Positions 1-11,709 of a DNA stretch of 64,000 nt are shown here, piece by piece (position 1 is the stretch's first letter; the number at the start of each line of letters is the position of its first letter). The notes under the pieces were generated by a model. The model worked only from the letters and a program-made list of their open reading frames with translations. It was not told the origin of the DNA and searched no databases. Made by a program: the position numbers and the translations under genes. Source of the DNA: Phoronis australis (Eukaryota; Animalia; Phoronida); the NCBI GenBank assembly GCA_002633005.1, contig NMRA01000175.1, positions 209,432 to 273,431 on the forward strand, given 5' to 3'.

Positions 1-186
1 CAAACTTGAAAAACAGACCAATAAAGGAAATTTATTGTGACAAAATAATGGTATAAAGTATAGAATTGTTAATATTCTTACATGTCATATGATGGTCACA
101 TCACGTGACTAGTACGTAAATAAGGGAGTGTGAAAATATCTCTGTCGGGAAGTGGCTTGAACACGGGATTTTATGGTAAATGCATT

Positions 187-207
187 CACACACACACACA
201 CACACAC
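187..207. repeat. (CA)n microsatellite
   Basis: Directly visible; ends at an N. Confidence 0.9.
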
Positions 208-803
208 NTTGTGGTGTCATACTTCACCCATTTTCTCTCATCCCTAATGTGATTTATCAGACTAAACATGGATCTGAATGGTTGACCCCCCACCTTGCCG
301 CTTGTTGGCTGTACTGTGGTCGGTGGATCCGTGGACTGATACTTAACTCTTAATTATAGCAGACCAATCGTGCAATTGCTTACATTTCAATAACGTACAT
401 ATTATAGCAGATGAAACAATAATAATAATTTTTGGAAAGATGAACAATAAAAAGCGTCACATGATCGGACAGAGAAAGAGAATGGGAGGAGATTGAGGCA
501 TTGTGCAGAGCTACTTACAGTATGCTGCCACCAGGATACCAAACCCTAACCCCAGGTGGCAAGCTCAAAGGGGGGGGGGGTATTTTTACTCAAATGATGG
601 AAAAACTGCCATGTGTGCACTCACTAGGATCATAGATAAGGCATAAGGCTAACACTGGGGTATATAAATAGATAGAAAGTAGGTAGTAATGATGAGACAG
701 AGTAAATGAATGAGAATAAAGCTGGGGTAATAAAACGAAATAAAAATTAGTGAGAAATAGGGTGATAAAAAAGATATTCACAATGTAGATATATATATAA
801 GTC

Positions 804-1057
804 AAGGGCCCGTTTCGAAAAAACTGACTTAGGTACATAACTTTCAATCAATTTTAAGAGAAAACTTTTAAGTTCTTGAGATAAATTTAAAAATTTATCT
901 CAAGAAGCGGATCTTAGTTGGACTTGAGATTTTGACCTAAGCTTTATCCTAATTTTGACCATCTTACCGAGTGTGGAAGTTTCAAAGGTTGGAAGCTGGG
1001 ACAAATCTTGGATTTCAATCAAAATGAACTTAAGTAAGTTTCTTGGAACGGGTCCAG
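804..1057. mobile_element. Palindromic MITE (GGGCCCGTTTC-type termini)
   Basis: aagggcccgtttcgaaaaaactgacttaggt pairs with aacttaagtaagtttcttggaacgggtccag. Confidence 0.65.
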
Positions 1058-1191
1058 GAGTGGAGGCAATAGCGGCACCGTTGAGGATTGTGTGGCAGTT
1101 GAGTGAGGGAGGTGTAGGCAACATTAAGTGACACCTGGAGAGGGTATGGGAGAAAGAATGACAGGGAATGACAAACTGGTAGATGACGATC

Positions 1192-1432
1192 CATGCGCGC
1201 ACCCAGGGGCAGATCCCCCTCCCCCCAATTTGGCGAAGTGGGCAAAAAGGTCCGCATCAGAGAAACAAAAACTCAGAGAAAAACGAGACAACGGCAACTG
1301 AAAAGACGCAGACGCACAGTTTACAGTTTTGAAGGTAGTACACCGTTTTTTTTTAGTCCTACCGATATTTTGTCGGCAAAAGGTCCACATCGACAGAAAT
1401 TTGAGACCTCCCGAAGGCTGGGTGCGCGCATG
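1192..1432. mobile_element. MITE with 15-bp TIR CATGCGCGCACCCAG and apparent 5-bp TSD CGATC
   Basis: Perfect TIRs with CGATC on both flanks. A shorter related copy is at 4646-4753, with its duplicate at ~6307-6383. Confidence 0.8.
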
Positions 1433-2769
1433 CGATCCTGGAGGAACAAAGCAGTAAATACTGACTGCAGTGGAGCTGAGGAAGACGGGGAAATGATGAG
1501 TTGATGATGAAGAACTGTGTTGTGGTGAGGGGAAAAAGATTTTGGTTGCATCCAGCGCACTTCCAACTGCTCGCGCGTCCCGACCTGACTCTAAACGGGA
1601 CATTAGATATAATAAAAAGACAGACGACGATTGATTGAATTTTCAGATCTCTGACTTCCCTGTATGATGGAAATGTATGTTTACAAGTTTTCTCTAAGTT
1701 GTGACAGATCAACGGGCACAAAACAAATAAGTCCGCAGGTGGGGCTTAGCGATCATGGTCCAGATTGCACCAGGTCAATCAGCTGAGGTGCCATACTTGA
1801 CCAATTGGCAATTACGTGTTATCATCAATTATTCTGTGTTCTTTCAAACATAATGCATCTTTTCTATCATTGTATCTTAATTGAGCTCGGGAAACGACAT
1901 TTTCTAAAAAGGTACTTAAAAACTGAGCCTTCATTTTAATTAAAAATTAATAGTGACTTAGTGCTTATTTAGGGGCGTTTGAAGAAAATGCCCCTAATCA
2001 TTTTCAATTATCTTATGAATTCAACGCAGAATTTATTCACGGTTTGTTTCAAAGCTAAACGTTGATTTTCCAATGAAGACAAAATTAGCATTAGAAAAAA
2101 TCAATCAGTGTTCGTACAAGTCCACAAATGAAACTTTAAGGAACATTATTGAGTCTACTTCTTGCAAGCGAGTAAAGAAGCACGCATTTGATTAACGTAA
2201 TTTTTAAACACCAGGTGATATAAGCTCTCACACGTTGGTTATGCTGTGCTATTCTTTCTTAAAACGTGTCTCATCATAATTTGAGAAAATAATCACTGCT
2301 CCGTAAGTATACTTTTTTCAGAAACTGTGGATATCAGCAGCCTGTCCAATTGAGTTGAATGTCGTCTGCACGAAGGTTATTTGTTCCAATTATTAGCTGT
2401 CACGCGTTGTGTCTCGATAGACTCATTTTCATTTTAAATGACTCTGGTGCTTTATACCGTATGACCTAATGCGTTGATTAAATGTTAACCTTTTCCATGG
2501 GGACCTATAACTCTTATTTCACTTTCCGGTAGAGACGGTGATACACATGCGCTACTCTGCCTTTCCCTACGAGCCCGTAAGTGTCTAGCATTCGCTGACG
2601 ATGCGAGGGAAACAGGGACTTTCATATTTTTGCGGCTAATATCAAAGCAAGTATGTAGTATGTGAACATTAAAAACAATGGCCAGTTTCTCGACAGCGAT
2701 AGAAAAGAAGAGCGTTTGTCGTGAATACTGATTGTTCAACTACTATCTGGAGGCTTTGAGACCGCAAAG

Positions 2770-2875
2770 ATGCCTTTATATGCTTATGGTGACGTCGTAA
2801 AACGCGTCTTAGTGATGGCAAGTGTTGCATTTTGCGTCGCTCCTCTATTTTCTGCTTTTGGAAAATCGACAGAAG
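2770..2875 (+). CDS. C-type lectin/PAN-domain protein, exon 1 (hydrophobic leader: MPLYAYGDVVKRVLVMASVAFCVAPLFSAFGKSTE)
   Basis: ATG at 2770 opens a frame with a hydrophobic stretch ending in a phase-1 donor AG|GTAAAT at 2876, which matches the phase-1 acceptor at 10633. It is short, so its identity as the first exon is inferred. Confidence 0.6.
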
Positions 2876-3911
2876 GTAAATTTTGAGTAATACATCACTA
2901 ACCCAAATTGCAAGAGGAAGATATGTTAAAACACCTTTGAAATTTTAAAAAGTAGACCCACACTGAAGATGCGTATACTGTTTTTGGGTCAGTCAAAAAT
3001 TGATTAGTCTCAACAGTTACGTATTGAGCAGGTTAAGTACGTATGAAATGCTGATGGGAAAGGGGTCAGGTTAACCTCAAGCGCCTTTACTTTGGGGAGG
3101 TAATTACTAGGAAGATTTTATTTTCGGAGTATCGACCATACATGTAAACAGACATTGGCTATCACAGTCTCGTCTTGTGTATGATTTCCGATACCTCCCT
3201 CTCTCACTCCCGGCCTCCCTCCTCAGTTCCCTCCCTCTCTATGATATCGACACTTGGGAAGTATTTCGGAAGTGTACATGTAAACTTACCTGGGATCTAC
3301 AGCCGCTTTGACAACAAGGCTGGTATTTTTTGTTCCACTTTCTTTGGGGTCTTGGCGATAACCTGTCGCTAACAAAACCTCATACTCGGCAGAGTTCAGA
3401 AACCCCAATGTCTCAATAGGAAAGCAGGACCTCTTGAGATCCCGAGAGATGTTGCCGTGTATTTTCAATGAGATCACATGATTTTGGATGGATTTTTATC
3501 GCCGCGAGGCAGTCATTGAACTCGGCCCTGGTTTTCCTAGTGTAGGGCTACAGACCACTTACGGTTATGCAACAGGAGCGGAATTTAGCCCACTTTTCAT
3601 GCCGTTTGGAAACCCACAAGCGGTCTACTATGACTAGTTAAAACAGTCGACCCCAATAGCTCCTTAGCCTTTGCTTATCTACTACCATAATATGAAACAA
3701 AGACCTACAAGTTAACAGCAGTAATAGCGCTAGACCTATACAAAAACAATTTGTCCCGGGTTAGTGCGTTCCGTTTACGCAAGAAACTCGCAAAAACGCA
3801 CGGTCATGCAGACCTTCCGGAGTGTCGTCATGCATTACAAGCAAAGCATGATAGCTTTTCTTCCGAGTTGGATCCACGAAACGAATGCATGCGTTCTAAC
3901 ACTCACAGGGC

Positions 3912-3958
3912 ATATATATATATACATACATACATACATACATACATACATACATACA

Positions 3959-3994
<36 letters not shown>

Positions 3995-4029
3995 TACATA
4001 CATGTATATGTATATGTATATGTATATAT
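3912..4029. repeat. (TACA)n/(TA)n/(TATATG)n compound microsatellite
   Basis: Directly visible tandem repeats. Confidence 0.95.
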
Positions 4030-4681
4030 GGTTATTATTTCCAAGTTTTCCACGGAAATAGAACCACCCATGCTGCGTGGACAACACGAGACTATAAACT
4101 CGCTTTCTGAAAAAAAAAACTTTTAATTTAGAACACTTACCGTTATGACATTGGTCTCAAATTGTTTTTTAAAAGGATACTGAAACCTGTTTTGATGAGT
4201 TTTGCCAATCCTCATTGTGTCACTTGCTAATGCATCATTTGCGTCAATCTTCCAAGTTGAAGGCAGGAATCTACTAAAAACTCATATTCCCTTTATCACA
4301 GATTGTATATTATGGTCCTCGGTGGGTGTTCTTTTCTTAGTGGCCATGCAATTCGCTCAAAGCGTAGATCACGCTTGCCCGTTTAGCAGACTTTGAAAGA
4401 AGTTTTCGTTCAAATCAAAATTTTTGAGAGTTGTAGAGGGTTACATGACAATATTTTGGATGGGAAAGTCGTTTTTAGTATCTGTTAATAGGTCAACACC
4501 GGGTTTAGTATCCTTTTAACCAAACTGCATGGAGGTAATATCAGGGCTTCAAAAGAAATTCCAATTCGTTGTTGTCTGAGACCATGCTTTACGAGTTGGA
4601 TTGTCAGTCATGGAGTGTCGTTTCATGTACTAAGCATGGCTTTAACATGCGCGCACCTAGGGGGAGGCTCGTTTTTTTGTT

Positions 4682-7600
4682 TTTTTTTTTTAGTGTAGGG
4701 TCCACATCGTCGGAAATTCTATCCCCCCATACTAAAGGCTGCGTGCGCGCGTGTTCAGGAAATCGCGAATTGTCAGTTCTTTGCAAATTCAGAAATCATT
4801 TATCATCTGAAAAATCAACACGTTAAACCAGTTGTGCAGATGCTTTAAAAAGAAATGATGTGTCGAGTAGGGCCTACTTTGGTCATCGGCACACAACCTT
4901 GCCAAACATTGCAATCTAGCTTAAATTGTTCTTGCAAAGACATCCAATGAATATTCACTTAGTTCTTACCCAGAAGGCCTCGGATTTACATGTACCAGAA
5001 TTGAAGATGCGGACATTTAGAGCTGTTAGGCGGCTGTTTCTTGCTGACGTGGTCTACGATCAGCCTGTAAATGTGTTCAGGCAAAATATGTCTTTGCTTT
5101 ATCTTGTGGATTTTCATTCCATGGTCATAATTTCTTTGGGACAGCTCTGGGTCAGGAATCTAATCTTTGTACTCGAAACGAGCACGAAATTATTTTTAGC
5201 AATTTCTCTGCTACATTTGTGCGAACTCATATAAGGGGTTATTAGACTGTGCTCGAATACATTATAGTTTACACATATGAGTTCCTAGTCCAAGTTTGCA
5301 CTTGATAACCCTTATGCTCGTGCTACAAACTCTAGTAAAAACTTGAAATTTCAAGTTTAAACTCGAACATTTAGCCTTAGCAGTTTATTAGCTGCAAACT
5401 AGGACTAAAAAATTATACACCTAAGCCATTATGTACTCGAGCATAGAATAATAGACACTCGTCTTAAGTTCGCACAAAAGTAGAGCAGGAAATGCCAAGC
5501 ATAATTTCGAGCTCCATTTCGAGTAAAAAGATTAGAACCCGGACCCTGGTGACATGGGGCGTGCATTCAGTAACGCCAGGACCTACGCTAGGACCTAGCT
5601 AAAATCTAGCCAAAGTCACGTGATCTCATTTAAAATACACGGCAATATCTCACGTAATCTCGCGAAGTCTTAGCATTACTAATCGGGAGGCAGACTGGAG
5701 ATTAAAGCGGAAGATCGTGCGTTTATGATGAGAGTTTGCATAATAGATGGTTGCCAATTGAAACCATGATTGATTGTAGTTATTGCTTCCAAATAATTGA
5801 TGACAAATTGCTTAGCAAAATACCGTTACATTGAAGCTCGATTTTACTTATGGTTTATTTAGATTTGGTTCAAATCACCGCATTCTCCCATGAACTGGAA
5901 TGTGTTACGACACAATTGGTTAATAACAAAAAGTACGTATTTTTGATATTACATGGGCGAATCACAAAGTAGTGCAAAGTAAAAATCTATACGCCTTACA
6001 TTTTATCGTCAGCAAAACAAAATACCAACAACCAAACAATGCCGGAATTTCGTGAAGGTGGCATAGTTAGGATTGATGAATCGTCTGTTGTAACTGTACG
6101 TACTCTTAGGCGTAAGANNNNNNNNNNNNNNNNNNNNNNNNNNNNNNNNNNNNNNNNNNNNNNNNNNNNNNNNNNNNNNNNNNNNNNNNNNNNNNNNNNN
6201 NNNNNNNNNNNNNNNNNNNNNNNNNNNNNNNNNNNNNNNNNNNNNNNNNNNNNNNNNNNNNNNNNNNNNNNNNNNNNNNNNNNNNNNNNNNNNNNNNNNN
6301 NNNNNNTTTTTTTTTTTTTTTAGTGTAGGGTCCACATCGTCGGAAATTCTAGCCCCCCATATTAAAGGCTGCGTGCGCGCATGTTCAGGAAATCGCGAAT
6401 TGTCAGTTCTTTGCAAATTCAGAAATCATTTATCATCTGAAAAAGCAACACGTTAAACCAGTTGTGCAGATGCTTTAAAAAGAAATGATGTGTCGAGTAC
6501 GGCCTACTTTGGTCTTCGGCACACAACCTTGCCAAACATTGCAATCTAGCTTAAATTGTTCTTGCAAAGACATCCAATGAATATTCACTTAATTCTTACC
6601 CAGAAGGCCTCGGATTTACATGTACCAGAATTGAAGATGCGGACATTTAGAGCTGTTAGGCGGTTGTTTCTTGCTGACGTGGTCTACGATCAGCCTGTAA
6701 ATGTGTTCAGGCAAAATATGTCTTTGCTTTATCTTGTGGATTTTCATTCCATGGTCATAATTTCTTTGGGACAGCTCTGGGTCAGGAATCTAATCATTGT
6801 ACTCGAAACGAACACGAAATTATTTTTAGCAATTTCTCTGCTACATTTGTGCGAACTCATATAAGGGGTTATTAGACTGTGCTCGAATACATTATAGTTT
6901 ACACATATGAGTTCCTAGTCCAAGTTTGCACTTAATAACCCTTATGCTCGTGCTACAAACTCGAGTAAAAACTTGAAATTTCAAGTTTAAACTCGAACAT
7001 TTAGCCTTAGCAGTTTATTAGCTGCAAACTAGGACTAAAAAATTATACACCTAAGCCATTATGTACTCGAGCATAGAATAATAGACACTCGTCTTAAGTT
7101 CGCACAAAAGTAGAGCAGGAAATGCCAAGCATAATTTCGAGCTCCATTTCGAGTAAAAAGATTAGAACCCGGACCCTGGTGACATGGGGCGTGCATTCAG
7201 TAACGCCAGGACCTACGCTAGGACCTAGCTAAAATCTAGCCAAAGTCACGTGATCTCATTTAAAATACACGGCAATATCTCACGTAATCTCGCGAAGTCT
7301 TAGCATTACTAATCGGGAGGCAGACTGGAGATTAAAGCGGAAGATCGTGCGTTTATGATGAGAGTTTGCATAATAGATGGTTGCCAATTGAAACCATGAT
7401 TGATTGTAGTTATTGCTTCCAAATAATTGATGACAAATTGCTTAGCAAAATACCGTTACATTGAAGCTCGATTTTACTTATGGTTTATTTAGATTTGGTT
7501 CAAATCACCGCATTCTCCCATGAACTGGAATGTGTTACGACACAATTGGTTAATAACAAAAAGTACGTATTTTTGATATTACATGGGCGAATCACAAAGT

Positions 7601-7747
7601 AGTGCAAAGTAAAAATCTATACGCCTTACATTTTATCGTCAGCAAAACAAAATACCAACAACCAAACAATGCCGGAATTTCGTGAAGGTGGCATAGTTAG
7701 GATTGATGAATCGTCTGTTGTAACTGTACGTACTCTTAGGCGTAAGA
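4682..7747. repeat. Near-identical 1.43-kb duplication (4682-6117 and 6312-7747) on either side of an N gap
   Basis: Constant offset of 1630 nt with only scattered substitutions; the gap is at 6118-6306. Confidence 0.9.
5147..5548. mobile_element. Palindromic MITE (second copy at 6777-7178 in the duplicated block)
   Basis: ctgggtcaggaatctaatctttgtactcgaaa pairs with tttcgagtaaaaagattagaacccggaccctg, and complementarity continues inward (tgtgcgaac/gttcgcaca, tgctcgaatac/gtactcgagca). Confidence 0.8.
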
Positions 7748-10632
7748 ACATGCGAACAACTTTCTAAGCAGTCCCACCTTCAGCGGCGAATTCCATATCC
7801 AGTTTCATTAAAACGCAGACGAACCCCAACTCAAGAAAACACGCAGTGAGACTGACTGTGTTGTGTCGAGGTCTCTTTTGAATTAGTGCTCACGCGCAGG
7901 GAAACCCTGCTGACTGTAATATATATGCATTTGGTAATTTTTTATGTTACATATTTTACTGCTTCAAAGAGTATTTATTAGACATTGACTGTAACGTTTG
8001 TTATGAAAACTGAATGCAATTAAGTTAAAATGATGATAAAATTATAAACAAGTAACTGGGTTTAATTTACATTGCGCAAGTGTTTTTTTACAAAAGTTGC
8101 GTCACGTGGTTGAAAGTTCTAGACATGTGAAGTTTTTCGGCAAAAAGATAGTTTTTACGGCAAAGTCTAGGATTTTGTCGAAATTTCCAAGAGGTTTTGC
8201 CCATGTCATAAACCTTAGACTCTTGTAGTAATCACTAATTCCGTCCTCACAATTTATGTTTAGTGTGGATAGTAAAGCAATAAACAACTGATTCTTTTCG
8301 TCCAAAAATTAGAAAACTTTCGCTAACAAAATTTTGATTTCTGAACGGAATTTAACGGCGAGAAATGCGATTTTCTAATATCAGCCTCTGCGGTGAAACC
8401 AACCAAGACGCCTAGTGATCGCAAAACGTTTTGCTGGTGGAGCTGAGTCTCACTCGACTAACGGGCAGAGTATTTAAAGAGGCATGGAACGCGAAAGTTC
8501 GCCAAAATATCTTTTAAACAATCCCTGGCGAAAGTACCATCTCGCAACGTCTAGTACGGACTAATTCACTTTCAACACTTGCAAATTAAGAATATTGTTT
8601 TAAGCCTTACTGGGATATTTTGTTAAAAATTTCTTTCATGTAGAAGTACTTTTTCCTTCTTTTAGAGTGCTCGCATTAGTGTCCATCGACAAATCGAAGC
8701 TGTAGGCGGATTGGACCGCAACTTTTTGCAATGTTGCTGGTATGATATTAAAAATGAAAAGACTTAGGATGTTAATGGGCCGAAGGAGTACATACTAGAT
8801 ACCCTGTTTTCTTCCTGCCGTGTTCACCTTAACGGGAAGCCAGTGTCGAACCAGCTGACACAGTTGCACTAAGAGGATATCCCACGTGAAGGGCATGGGT
8901 AAGCCAGGATACGGTTCCCGTTCCTGTTCTTCCATCTTTAGCTGCAAACTTGGTTGCTTTCGTGTTGATGATTTTCTGGAGAATGTACTGGCGATCACTG
9001 GTATATATTAGGTTTAGTCGTGTCCACAACCCAGGTGCGGAACAGATCGTTCAACCTTGTAACGGCAATAGCGAGATCCAGTTGGTATACTGGCCTGCCA
9101 TTGATCACTCATTGCCGTGCTCAGCTCGTCTTCAAACTCAGCAACAACGTTTTCGCCGACAGGATTTATCTGTTAACATTTTTTCTCGCCTCTGAATTCT
9201 GGCATGCATTCCGTAGGGGCAAGAATCTCGCGAAAACGAAAGAATACGCAGTATTTCGCGAGATATTCTTATGTATTACAAGCAAATTGTTTAATCATTC
9301 TTAGCGAGATTCTTGCGTCTACGAAATTCCACACAGGTGAGAGGACGATCAGCCGACTGGCGATGTCGACTCGTAGAGTGAGTCCCATCCCGTGGGAAAT
9401 AATACATGTACAATGGAATACGATGGCGTGCACTCGCCGAAAAGTATAGCATCAGCTGTCTCCTGCTCTCAGGGTCATCAGCACCAAATGATAGTCCAGT
9501 GCAATCCTGACAAGATTCATAAGAGAGAACAGCGGACATCTTCGTATGTCAGAGCGCAAAATGGAGAGCAAAATTTTTCACGATCGTGCTCTCGGGCTAA
9601 AAGACGTCTTTTTAGTTAGTAATAAAGAAAGGGAATTTTAAGTTTCATGCAAAAATTGTGTTTGGGGAAACTTTGTGATCTACATGAAAAATCACGTTTT
9701 TTAAGAAACACAACACCTTATCGTGTGACTAGGGGCATCTCTCCATTGCTTTGCTGCACCTGATAAGATTCTGTGATCATCAATGATTAAAAAATATTAG
9801 TTTTATAGCTCTACTTTTAAAGATACATTTCTCTCTGTTTAGCTGTCAATGTCAAATTATTAACCGCAGCACTTTGGGTTTTTAAAAAAGATTACCACGG
9901 CCATCCGATCTTGAATTGTTGTTGAAAGAGTGGGCAACTAACGCATAGGCAATGCATGTATACAGGTGGTTTTTTCGAATATCAATAAAATTTGAAGAGT
10001 GTTCTTGGGTCGCAGGTGGCTTGGATGTCCTTGTTGGTAACATAAATAGCCCTATCGCGAGGAGGAATATAATGAGACCGATTTAATGGGAGTTAAAGGC
10101 CTAATTCGATTTCCGTTTTTAGCCAGCGAAATCCCTTTGAACGAAGTTCGACAGGATGGTGGTAACGAAGGCATCCTGTTACCATGACCACATTGCTCGA
10201 CCGGTTGCAAGGAGTGGACGCTGTAAGTGCTCGTGGGAACTTCGTTATCACAAGTGGAGAACCGTTTACGTGGGTACCGTTTGGGAACAAAACAAAAAGA
10301 TCTTCTGGCTTTGTAATAAAATCAAACTAGCAATGTCAGCCTGTTGAAAACAGAAACGTAATACCATTGTCTTTGCAATACTCAGAGGGAATTCTTCTTA
10401 TTCAATTCAGTGAAGGCGTTGACCCGCCAATTACTCCTATTTCACGCCTGCGTGCATGTGTTTATTTTAAAACTGCACCGTGGGCGGATGCAAGGAGTTC
10501 AAAGAAATCCTTTTATTGAAGGAAAAGGTGGTGTCGTGGTCTGTTGGATCCACCAGAGTGCAATCGATAGCTGAGTGTAGTAAATATGACAATAAACTAC
10601 ATTGGGAGTAACCTAGTGCCTTTTTGTTTCAG

Positions 10633-10810
10633 GCGGCTGTCCCGTCTGCTCGCTGCAACTCGGAAGAACGTGCTACGCCTTGGGAAGCAACACTGGAGCT
10701 TCTAATTCTGCGAGAAAGAACAAGTGTAAAAAGGACTATAATGGCGTCGTGGTGGTAGTGGAAAGCATAGAAACACAGCGGGCTCTTAGTGAGATGGTCA
10801 CGAGTTCAAG
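10633..10810 (+). CDS. C-type lectin/PAN-domain protein, exon 2 (N-terminal half of CTLD)
   Basis: Acceptor tttttgtttcag| translates GGCPVCSLQLGRTCYALGSNTGASNSARKNKCKKDYNGVVVVVESIETQRALSEMVTSS, the typical CP..CY..C..G.hh.h.S start of a CTLD. Phase-2 donor AG|GTAACC at 10811. Confidence 0.85.
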
Positions 10811-11709
10811 GTAACCAATGAACGACGCTTTAGCCCACGAGCTGGTCTAGTTTTCTATATAGTGTTGTGTATTTTACATCTGAAGTAAAGCAGCAAAACT
10901 TGATGACGAAGGTGATATTTTTAGTAAGAAAACGTACAAGTATGGAGTAAGAAGTCTTAGCTCCGTTTTCTATAAACAGAAACAAAAAGTTTTTAAGCAA
11001 ATGTCATCATTTGATCCTTATTGTTAAACGGCTACAAATAAGTTAGAATAACTTATTAACTGAATGCTGGATATACATGTAGCGACGATACAGTTTTACA
11101 ATCAGAGAATTTCATTGCTAGCCACAATAATTGCACGAGGTATTGATTACAAGATGATCATCCAGTTCTACACTGGTGATATTTTGGGTATTTGGTAGTC
11201 TCAGATTATCCCTCGGAGGCGTTCCTAATCTGCGAATGAGCGAATTTCAGTCATAACAGCAAAGGGATTTAGTCGTGAGACAGGCAAATTCGTGACTTCA
11301 GCCTATCAGGTCTCAAAAGTCTTACGTGACGTCATTTTCAATCATTGGTCTGCTACTTGCTGTACTGTTAACTCTTGTATAAGCCTCTTATTACAGAAGT
11401 ATACCTGGCGGCAAGCGCGTCCCAGTCTCTCAATAACTTTTTACACTCACGACATTTAGCTGAGGAGGTATGACATGTGACGCATTTTGATTTTTAAAAA
11501 CCGGTCACAAACTCGTTCTTCCCGACGTCGTCCGCAGCTTTTACTCCTTGAAAGGAAAACCTGTCAGTGTCAAGTCTCAAACAACTCCGCGCATACTTAT
11601 TTGACACGACAAATGATGCGCTGAAAAAGTGCTAATGTTAAGTAAGCCTAATGAAGAAGGAGACATTCATGTAATATTAAAAAGTTCAATTTAAACCTTC
11701 AGTTCATAT

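Noticed and set aside
1-1190. Possible second tyrosine-recombinase element remnant (HTILNGAAIAS; purine-rich tail)
   Set aside because: The apparent LGRWS-like continuation lies inside the MITE at 804-1057, and the remaining similarity is too weak to support.
3751-4126. ORFs with HTYI/MYVC repeats
   Set aside because: These are translations of the (TACA)n microsatellite.
4926-6864. Two near-identical 102-aa ORFs (4926..5234 and 6556..6864) suggesting a duplicated gene
   Set aside because: They use non-ATG starts, run into a palindromic MITE, show no domain, and lie in a gap-flanking duplication that is probably a haplotype artefact.
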